From the NCBI GenBank assembly GCA_030141605.1, contig JAQGDQ010000860.1, forward strand, positions 1 through 28,304: 28,304 nucleotides of DNA. The letters are read 5' to 3'. Made by a program: the position numbers and the translations under genes. The stretch's first letter is position 1. Each line of letters opens with the position of its first letter. The stretch is from Tubiluchus corallicola (lineage: Eukaryota; Animalia; Priapulida). The notes below the pieces were generated by a model, which was not told the origin of the DNA, made no database searches, and saw only the letters and a program-made list of their open reading frames with translations. Shown here piece after piece: positions 1-8,890 of this stretch.

Positions 1-522
1 CGTTTGTTCCGCATGCTGTTTGGTCAAAATTTCGAAAAAATCGCGAGTTGGGTCCGGGAAAAAAATAATTGCAGAAATTAATAAACATTGAATGAGGGAT
101 GAGAATTTTCCGCGGAATTCTGAGTTTTTGGAAGACCAGTAGTACCATTTTTGTAAATCGTTTAAATTCGTTGAGAAAATTTTTACGGACCCAGTTCATT
201 ATTTCACAAACTGACCGCTAGTTGGCAGGCCGTCACTTTGTTTACGTCACGTACATCAGTGTAAACACGTGTATATCTCTATGTATAAAAATATAGAATC
301 AATTGTGCGGAGTTATTTGAGTCAATTGCAGACAGTTTTTATATACTTTTGCATAGGAGCGGCCAGTACTTAGGCGTTTTTGAGACAATTAGGTATCGTG
401 TATCCTTGATAGTTGGGTATTTTAAATTATGCATGAAACAAGGTAATTGATATTTTAAGTCCACTTAGAGGCTCTCAACGGCCTACATGGCCCCCAAACC
501 CCACGGCCTGTTTCAGAGTTTT
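1..522. repeat. Left arm of near-perfect long inverted repeat (partner 1338-1859); may extend left of window
   Basis: 1-60 is the reverse complement of 1801-1859 (one mismatch). The match continues to ggcctgtttcagagtttt (505-522) vs aaaactctgaaacaggcc (1338-1355). Confidence 0.95.
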
Positions 523-547
523 TTGCATTTTGTCATTCTCATCCCTG
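94..547. mobile_element. Candidate non-autonomous DNA element (MITE, hAT-like termini)
   Basis: 12-bp terminal inverted repeat AGGGATGAGAAT (95-106) / ATTCTCATCCCT (535-546), with the right end reading CAGGGATG on the minus strand. No target-site duplication is preserved and there is no coding capacity. Confidence 0.45.
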
Positions 548-614
548 TTACTGGATAATTGTCTGTATTTTACTGATATTATAGTAAGATGCTGTGCAGA
601 AATTAATAAACCTT

Positions 615-1347
615 GAGGAGTACCGACGAGTTAATTAGATGTTCTATTTTTGGCAATTTTTGCTTAGAAAACTGCTGACGCAAAGCCATTGTTGTGATGT
701 CATCCATTATACTCTGTCTATAATCTTATAACTTTAATTCAGTAAAAGCTGCTACTGGCTTTGCGTTGTAAATGAGGACTATGTAGGATGTTCGTGCATC
801 ATTGATTATATGTGTATTTATATGCAAAATTTTTTGCGGGGCCTTTGCTAGTCTTACTATAACATCAGTAAACATGCAGATAATTATCCAGTAAAGAAAT
901 ACAAATGCAAATACAATATGTGCGCTTACATGGAAAATCGTCCATAAAACTGCAAATTTAAGCATTTCTCAGTTATTTACATATCTTGCAGATCATTTTG
1001 ACACCTAGCTCATCGCTCTATGTTATTTGTGCTCAAAAAATAAAAAAATTCGACATTTTACCAAATTTTTGGCATTCTACTTTGAAGCATCATAACTTAG
1101 TTTCAACAATGCCGACTTATGTACGGTTTCGGTTTGCAAGTACACAAATGATTTTTGGTCTGGTATTGTGCCAGATCATCCCAGATGTACAGCGAAGATG
1201 TCCGGACATTTGAGTAGCAGCAGCTACAACGCATGCTTTACTTTCTTATTTGTATGCTAGTCAAATGAAATATTATTATATAACAAGCAGCACGGGTTAT
1301 CCCTTTAGTCCATACGGTCATTAAAAAAATGACATTCAAAACTCTGA
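615..1347. repeat. Direct repeat copy 1 (~730 bp; partner 1971-2697), interspersed repeat family
   Basis: Colinear from gaggag..gacgagttaattagatgttc to ccatacggtcattaaaaaaatgacattcaaaa, with scattered substitutions and small indels. Confidence 0.93.
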
Positions 1348-1859
1348 AACAGGCCGTGGGGTTTGGCGGCCACGTAGGCCGTTGAGAGCCTCTAAGTGGA
1401 CTTAAAATATCAATTACCTTGTTTCATGCATAATTTAAAATACCCAACTATCAAGGATACACGATACCTAATTGTCTCAAAAACGCCTAAGTACTGGCCG
1501 CTCCTATGCAAAAGTATATAAAAACTGTCTGCAATTGACTCAAATAACTCCGCACAATTGATTCTATATTTTTATACATAGAGATATACACGTGTTTACA
1601 CTGATGTACGTGACGTAAACAAAGTGACGGCCTGCCAACTAGCGGTCAGTTTGTGAAATAATGAACTGGGTCCGTAAAAATTTTCTCAACGAATTTAAAC
1701 GATTTACAAAAATGGTACTACTGGTCTTCCAAAAACTCAGAATTCCGCGGAAAATTCTCATCCCTCATTCAATGTTTATTAATTTCTGCAATTATTTTTT
1801 TCCCGGACCCAACTCGCGATTTTTTCGAAATTTTGACCAAACAGCATGCGGAAAAAACG
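1338..1859. repeat. Right arm of long inverted repeat (partner 1-522)
   Basis: Reverse complement of 1-522 with only a few mismatches. Confidence 0.95.
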
Positions 1860-1970
1860 TTCTAGCGGCACCTGGTGGGACTCTCGTAAGGAGATATATA
1901 TAGCTCTTCAGAAAGAGGAAGAACGGGGCTACACGATGGTGTAGGCTATATGTTAGGACACGTCCATCGA

Positions 1971-2697
1971 GAGGAGTGACGACGAGTTAATTAGATGTTC
2001 AATTTTTGGCAATTTTCGCTTAGAAAACTGCTGACGCATTCCATTGTTCTGACGTCATCCATTGTACTCTGTCTATAACTTTAATTCAGTAAAAGCTGCT
2101 AACTGGCTTTGCATTATAAGTGAGGACTGTGTAGGATGTTCGCGTATTATTGATTATAAGTGTATTTATATGCAAAATTTTTTGCGGGGTCTTTGCTAGT
2201 CTTACTATAACATCAGTAAAACACAGATAATTATCCAGTAAAGAAAATACAAATGCAAATACAATATGTGCGCTTACATGGAAAAATCGTCCATAAAACT
2301 GCAATTAAGCATTTCTAGTTATTTACATATCTTGCAGATCATTTTGACACCTAGCTCATCGCTCTATGTTATTTGTAAACAAAAAAATAAAAAAATTGAC
2401 ATTTTACCAAATTTTTGGTGCATTCTACTTTGAAGCATCATAACTTAGTTTCAACAATGCCGACTTATGTACGGTTTCGGTTTGCAAGTACACAAATGAT
2501 TTTTTGGTCTGGTATTGTGCCAGATCATCCCAGATGTACAGCGAAGATGTCCGGACATTTGAGTAGCAGCAGCTACAACGCATGCTTCTTACTTTCTTAT
2601 TTGTATGCTAGTCAAATGAAATATTATTATATAACAAGCAGCACGGGTTATCCCTAGTCCATACGGTCATTAAAAAAATGACATTCAAAACACTGAA
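1971..2697. repeat. Direct repeat copy 2 (partner 615-1347)
   Basis: See copy 1. ORFs 726-965/2086-2304 and 986-1213/2415-2657 give paralogous translations. Confidence 0.93.
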
Positions 2698-3235
2698 CTT
2701 TGTCTACACATCGACATTTACTTTGCTTATGAAAATGAAGCGTCTGTATGAATATTTAGACATTGATGTGGACATTGAATGAAACGTTGTCTACCTTGAA
2801 ATGAAAAGATCTAGACTATAAAGCGGTATAAAAGTTAATTTTCTCAATAGCAGTTAAAATTCGACATAATTATTTTTACATTTCATTGCAACTGAGAAGG
2901 ACCAGCATTGGTCACTTGGTCAGCTGCCCCTTATTAAAAATACAAGTTTACTTACAGGCTCATGACATTTTTTAGGTGTATGTATATATATATATCATCT
3001 TTCAGCTCATGAATTCAGAATTACATGGCACACATAAAATATTAAAAGAAACCACAAAAGTCATTTACAATAGAAACATGTACAGTCTAGAGAAGACGCT
3101 TGCAAAATCATACCTAATTATTATTTCATTTATAATGCAGTCGACATCATGTGATTCAAGTGACTTGCTTTATTTGAAAATAATTTGATTAATTTTTTCT
3201 TACAGAAAAAAACTTCGAAGTTTTTTTCATCAAAA

Positions 3236-4753
3236 ATGGATCGAGCTGTAATTCCTGCTGAAGTAAAAACTGAACTTGGTCATTCATATGATTCCATGAG
3301 GAATTGCATTAATGATGAAACAATAGATGATGATGATGATGATGATGATGTGCAAATTGACAATGCTGAAGTAAAAACAGAAAGTGATGTTGAAGCAATA
3401 GATGATGATGATGTGCAAATTGACAAAGTTCAAGCAAAAACAGAAAGTGATGTTGAAGCAATAGATGATGATGATGTGCAAATTGACAAAGTTCAAGCAA
3501 AAACAGAAAGCGATGTTGAAGCAGTTAATGCAGAAAACAACAGCAAATACAAAACAGCAGATTGTGATTTCCAAATGTGTGAAATGCTTATAAAAACCGG
3601 ACATGATGGCCTTGCAGGTAATGTGATGGAAAACAAGGACATCCGTAAAATATCACATGTGAGTGACAGACATAACCCTTTACATGTGAAAAGTGATTGC
3701 AGTGTCAAAGTGACTACAGCAGATAATTGTTTGAATGAAGATTCTAGATTCACACATGACAAACTTCAAACAACTGTAAATCATACAAGAAAAGAGTCAC
3801 CATCATTCAATCTTCAGTCTGATTTAGCTGCTAGACACAATGAAAATGTAGCTGCTTCTACCCACGAACCACCAAAAACACATCTTCTGAGCAAAGCAAA
3901 AAAAATGTCTTTCATATGTGAGCAATGCGGTGCTGTATTAGCAAGTAAGCATGGTTTGAAATGGCATTTGAAAATACATTCTGGAGAAAAACCTTTTACA
4001 TGTAGTCATTGCGATGCCGCATTCACTACGTCAAGTCATCTGAAAGTACATATGAGAGTTCACACTGGAGAAAAACCATTTAAGTGTGTTCAGTGTGGTG
4101 CCGCATTTACAACGTCAAGTTATCTAAAAGTACATTCAAGAATTCACACTGGAGAGAAACCTTTTTTGTGTAGTCAATGCGGTGCTGCATTTACTGGGTC
4201 AAGCTCTCTGATAGTACATTCCAGAAGCCACACTGGTGAAAAACCATGCAAGTGCAGTCAATGTAATGCTGCCTTTATTTCTGCCAGCCATCTGAAGAGA
4301 CACTTAAGAGCTTGTACAGGAGAAAGATCTTTTAAGTGTAGTCATTGTGACGCTGCGTTTACTCAACATAGCTATTTGAAAAGGCATTTAAGAACTCACA
4401 CGGGAGAAAAACCTTTTAAATGTAGTCAATGTGATGCCGCATTTTCTCAATCAGCCTATCTGAAAGCACATTCAAGAACTCACACTGGAGAAAAACCATT
4501 CAAGTGTAGTCTGTGTGATGCTGCGTTTACCCAAGCAGGTACTCTGAAAGTGCATTCACGAGTTCACACTGGAGAAAAACCATTAAAACTATTTAAGTGT
4601 AGTCAATGTGGTGCTACGTTTGGTGGGTCGAATGATTTGAAGAGACATTTGAGAATTCACACCGGAGAAAAACCTTTTTGTTGCAGTCAGTGTGGTTCAT
4701 CATTTACTCAGGCAGGCAGTCTAAAGAGACATTTGAGACTTCACGCTAAATAA
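3236..4753 (+). CDS. Tandem C2H2 (Kruppel-type) zinc-finger protein, 10 fingers, acidic N-terminus, ~505 aa
   Basis: Ten CX2CX12HX3H units with TGEKPF linkers; finger 5 ends in Cys (C2HC). Splice acceptor ttttttcttacag ends at 3205, first ATG is at 3236 (the track's TTG start at 3185 is intronic), TAA is at 4751-4753 overlapping AATAAA. An upstream coding exon cannot be excluded. Confidence 0.93.
   Translation: MDRAVIPAEVKTELGHSYDSMRNCINDETIDDDDDDDDVQIDNAEVKTESDVEAIDDDDVQIDKVQAKTESDVEAIDDDDVQIDKVQAKTESDVEAVNAENNSKYKTADCDFQMCEMLIKTGHDGLAGNVMENKDIRKISHVSDRHNPLHVKSDCSVKVTTADNCLNEDSRFTHDKLQTTVNHTRKESPSFNLQSDLAARHNENVAASTHEPPKTHLLSKAKKMSFICEQCGAVLASKHGLKWHLKIHSGEKPFTCSHCDAAFTTSSHLKVHMRVHTGEKPFKCVQCGAAFTTSSYLKVHSRIHTGEKPFLCSQCGAAFTGSSSLIVHSRSHTGEKPCKCSQCNAAFISASHLKRHLRACTGERSFKCSHCDAAFTQHSYLKRHLRTHTGEKPFKCSQCDAAFSQSAYLKAHSRTHTGEKPFKCSLCDAAFTQAGTLKVHSRVHTGEKPLKLFKCSQCGATFGGSNDLKRHLRIHTGEKPFCCSQCGSSFTQAGSLKRHLRLHAK
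3338..3526 (+). repeat. 63-bp coding tandem repeat x3 (DDDDVQIDKVQAKTESDVEAI)
   Basis: Units start at 3338, 3401 and 3464. Confidence 0.92.
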
Positions 4754-4905
4754 AAGCCTTTTGTAAATGTTTAGTGTCAGGATGTGCTGATTTTAAATGG
4801 GCGTCTAACATGAAATGACATTTAAGAATATACACTGGAGAAAGTATTTCTAAATGCTCCAATTGCAATGTTGTTTTTGCTTTGCTTTTCCGACATTTTT
4901 GCGTC
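4754..4905 (+). pseudogene. Two decayed zinc fingers downstream of the stop codon
   Basis: H-A-K-*-K-P-F matches the HTGEKPF linker. After a frameshift the sequence reads KCLVSGCADFKWASNMK*HLRIYTGESISKCSNCNVVF. Confidence 0.8.
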
Positions 4906-5337
4906 ATCCAATCAAAAGCCTCCTGCAAGAAGTTATTTACGTATGAAAAACTTGAAATGTAGTAGTTTTTGCTTCAACTGAAGAACAATGCGAAGTGGAA
5001 TGATGTAAATTGTAGATTTCCTTGCGTTGTGATGCATTTCATTAAAAAGAATGTGTTTTTCTATGCTGATTTCTAACTTATAATAATTTCTATTTGCACA
5101 TTCTCATAGTTTCGTAATTTCACTACGATAATATCAACAAACAAGTTTAATAGCTGCTGTTTCTATAGGGTAGCTGAGGAAACAAAATCTTTGTTAATTT
5201 GGTTTATGTGTCTCTAATAAAGAACTGTCTCCAATATCTACTCTGTTGAAGACTGAGAAACTGTATCAATGTGCTGTTGAGGTACTGTCTCCCAACCAGA
5301 GATGCGCAGTTATCACTTTCTCTTTAACCAGTGAATA

Positions 5338-5814
5338 CAGTCAACCTCGGCCGTAAGGGACATTATTCGCTTATAAGGGACCACCAACACCGGTTCCAAT
5401 TTTTCGTAAAGTATTTCCTTAAAGAAATTTTCGTGTATAAGGTACTCGGATATAAGCGACTTTCGGTTATAAGGGACAGACGATATCTTTAGGTTCCGCG
5501 TAATAGAAACCCAGGTAAATAACCTCACATATAAGGGATCAAAGCAAAATTGATGGATTTCTAACCTCAATTTTTCGCAAACTCGGCTTTCAAACAGCTC
5601 GGTTTCCTTGGTCACATACATCTCGCATCGCTAAAGGAGCTTCCTACATACCGTTTGCACTGAATGTGTAGCAATAATCCATAAAAATATGGATAAAAGA
5701 AAGAACACGTCTAGATACACCCACAGTGTGACTCAGCTTCGCCTATAAGGCAAATCGGATAAAAGGGACGACTTTTTCCGGTCTGGAGGTGTCCCTTATA
5801 TCCGAGGTTGACAG
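5338..5814. mobile_element. Tc1/mariner-superfamily (pogo/Tigger-like) MITE, 477 bp
   Basis: TA at both flanks (5336-5337, 5815-5816). ~24-bp imperfect TIR CAGTCAACCTCGGCCGTAAGGGAC / GTCCCTTATATCCGAGGTTGACAG, with internal reiterated ATAAGG(GA) motifs. Confidence 0.85.
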
Positions 5815-6034
5815 TACAAGAAACAACACGGGTACAAATTTGTGCTGACAAATCCGGGAAAAATCTTCACAAGAGCAAGTGAAAATATGGAAGCTTCCTA
5901 TGTGTGCCCTATTGTAAAAAAACCTTTTTTTGTATGAAGCTGGGAATTATAATCACTAATCAATAATAAATTATTAGCCCCCTTTGAAAACAAAGGAATT
6001 TTGCTTTTAGTCTTTTAACCCCTCAATGACAACC

Positions 6035-6254
6035 CACACAAAACGATGTATGTACATCACTCCACTACAATCCCCATCACACAAAACGATGTATGTACAT
6101 CACTCCACTACAATCCCCATCACACAAAACGATGTATGTACATCACTCCACTACAATCCCCATCACACAAAACGATGTATGTACATCACTCCACTACAAT
6201 CCCCATCACACAAAACGATGTATGTACATCACTCCACTACAATCCCCATCACAC
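6035..6254. repeat. 43-bp minisatellite x5
   Basis: Unit cacacaaaacgatgtatgtacatcactccactacaatccccat at 6035, 6078, 6121, 6164 and 6207. Confidence 0.97.
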
Positions 6255-6451
6255 CAGACCACGAAGGTGCAAACTATCATGACAAAACAAAAAGTACTGA
6301 AATTTGGGTAACAAATTGCTGTACGAACAACTGAAAATTTTACCTTACCCGGCTTTTACATGCCATAATTACCCATAAGATCCGCAAAGTTACGCATCAA
6401 AAATCTGCATTTCTGTGAACAATTCACTATTCAGCAAAGTATTATAGCCAT

Positions 6452-6642
6452 CTTACCTTACGTTACCTTATGTTGGTTTGGCAAGGTAATCTTCTAGCCA
6501 AATCATGTACACAAGTTCGAGTCTGTATCTTCAAAGGAGAACTTGTAATTGTAGACCATCTCTTCCCCAGCCCAGTGCTTGTTCAATCTTCTCTTAAATA
6601 CATCTACACTTGATACGCATATGGCATCGCTGGGTAAACCAG
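6452..6642 (-). mobile_element. 3'-terminal fragment of a CR1/L2-group LINE
   Basis: Minus-strand GLPSDAICVSSVDVFKRRLNKHW resembles the ORF2 C-terminal WNxLP..vv.a.S...FK.RLD.hW pattern. It is followed by a short 3' region ending in a (TAAGG)-like tandem tail at 6452-6470. Confidence 0.7.
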
Positions 6643-7552
6643 TCTGTAAAAAACCAATATAATAGACTATAAGATAACCAGTTTGATTTGGTTTCATCCG
6701 ACTGATGTAACAAAGTGGTGTTAATTAAAAGCAATTCGTAAATCATAGTCAGTGTAGGTAATGGTGAACGCTAGATAGTGCCACTTTTAGAATACCCTCA
6801 TCATAGTCGTTATTTATCACGAAGCACACTCGAAATGGATAAGTCGCAGAAAAACGCCGTTTCCACGAATTACAAAAGTCGGAAATAATGCGGTGCACGC
6901 AATTTTGGAGAATTGACAGATTTGATGACAGAGGGTTGGACCAATAAAAGAAGCGTGCGAATCTTTTGCTTTAAAATTTATGGTTTGTCATTTGAGTTAA
7001 AGAGCTGTTTTACTTTCAATTATATAATCGCATTCCAGTTATATTATCGTTATTATATGCGTGATTTGTGTGTTAAGAAAACTACTTTTAGCAAAGCATT
7101 ATTGTAACAGTTAAATATTGTGTATAAGAAATTGTGCTTAGTTTCAACGTTGTATTATTGTGCAAATGTAATGAGCTTCATCAGTAATCTAGAATATTTG
7201 CCATCATCACTTCTGGGAATCTGTAGCATTGTTACAACCCTGGGGCTTCAATAAGACTTAAGACTTAACGTGCTAAATAGCACCAACTTGCGAGCAATCA
7301 AAGCTTTTATGTGTAGAACGATAATCTGCACATTGGTAAAAGCCGCATTGACCGGACAGCAGTGAAGAGCATTGGCAGTTTTGCGCTTTTAGCCTGTCAC
7401 CATAGTTTTGCTTCTTTTTGTTAAGTTTATTTGTTAAGAATACTAAGTTTCTGTAATTATCTCAGTTCTTCTTCAGAGAATTGCAAATGTTTGAATTGCT
7501 AGATGTTGCTAAAGTCATGTAGAAAAGGTGAAGTCATTGAATTTGAACTGCA

Positions 7553-7750
7553 TTATATGTGCTTGCAAACCTAGACCGCCCATAAGTTGGCATCGTTAAA
7601 ACTACGTTATGATGCCTCAAATTAGAATTCACAAAAAGTTAGGTCAAATGCCATTTTTTATTTATTTTAAAAAATTCTGAACATTTTGGACTTTTGTAGT
7701 CTAGCATCAAAATATCAAGAAAATGTTCAAAAAGTATTTAAAATCTAATT
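7553..7750 (-). repeat. Diverged inverted partial copy of the 615-1347 repeat family
   Basis: The reverse complement ttgaggcatcataacgtagttttaacgatgccaacttatgggcggtctaggtttgcaagcaca aligns to ttgaagcatcataacttagtttcaacaatgccgacttatgtacggtttcggtttgcaagtaca (1082-1144). Weaker similarity extends to ~7750. Confidence 0.8.
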
Positions 7751-7764
7751 TTATAACACCGTAC

Positions 7765-8793
7765 TCACTTGTCTGGCGAAAAGTCTTGAAGTCTTGAATA
7801 ATATACTTCTAAAAGTCTTTGACGACATACTAGAAGTTTGGGGTGTGCATGGTTAGTATGCATGCTGAGAAGAGCAACTTGCTAATTGGTGGTGGGATTA
7901 GAGGTTATGAAAGAAGGTTATTAAGCAAGCAAAACAAACATGGTGGGTGCAGACTAAAAACACAGTTAGATTTACACACAGGTTAGGTGTGATATCACCC
8001 TCACGGTAGAAACAACGGAGGGGCTAGTGATTTCTCTAAAGTTTGTTCCACAAGCGAAAACTAGTACTGCAAATGTAAAAAACTTGTTTTTTCAAACTTC
8101 GGTAGTAACTTATGCAAGCAGTCATTTTGTTTCTGGTTTTTCTCTTGTCAAGACGAGATCTTCAAAATGTAACTGCCATCTACTGGTTTTAAACATAACT
8201 TCAATGTGTTCTTGCAAAATCCATAGCAACTAATGTTTGTGCGGTTACTAAGTTGTTCAAGTAGGAATGCGACAAAAAACAAAGGCTTCTTCATCGGCTC
8301 CATACCTGTTGACATCACTAAACCTGCATAAGAAGTCTATGACTTCTTCATTGGCTCCATACCTGTTGACATCACTAAACCTGCGTAAGAAGTCTATGAC
8401 TTCTTCATCGGCTCCATACCTGTTGACATCACTAAACCTGCGTAAGAAGTCTATGACTTCTTCATTGGCTCCATACCTGTTGACATCACTAAACCTGCGT
8501 AAAAGAAACCAAAAGAAAGGTTATTCTCTTACAAATTTTAGGTAAGCATATAACTCCTTTGAGAGATCTACTCAACAGTCATCGAGCGAGTGAACTGGTT
8601 TATCGCACATGATGCATTTTCTTCGATAAGATTTGGGTTGTGAAGTGTTAGCTTGAGTTGAGTCCTTAACCGGCCGAGTACTACGTAACTGGCGTGACTG
8701 TAATTCAGGCTTTTGGTTCACAGTGATTTTATTGTGTCGCTTTGCTATGATGCTGTTTGTATCGAAGGATTGTAAGAGCAAGATTAATTGCAT
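7765..8793 (-). mobile_element. Degenerate, internally deleted BEL/Pao-like LTR retrotransposon remnant
   Basis: CX2CX4HX4C knuckle CIMCDKPVHSLDDC (8575-8616). A frameshifted KFV..ENNLSFGFFYAG follows (decayed LCFGCL..GH knuckle), then QLHFEDLVLTREKPETK*LLA*V (~8105-8175) resembling the post-integrase GDLVL...KWPLARV tail. Purine tract GAGGGTGA (8002-7995) precedes a possible LTR start. Confidence 0.55.
8284..8502. repeat. 57-bp tandem repeat, ~3.8 copies
   Basis: Unit gacttcttcattggctccatacctgttgacatcactaaacctgcgtaagaagtctat with starts near 8284, 8341, 8398 and 8455. Confidence 0.96.
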
Positions 8794-8890
8794 AATAATA
8801 AAACTGAATTCGTATTAGGTCTCGTAATAACTGCGTAGTAGAGGAAATTATCCTGAAAGTTTATTACTTGTTTCAGTTTGTGCTGTAAAG

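Noticed and set aside
1860-1903. Possible Helitron/Helentron-like terminus (cacctggtg palindrome, gatatatatag)
   Set aside because: The palindrome is very short and no matching other end is visible in the window.
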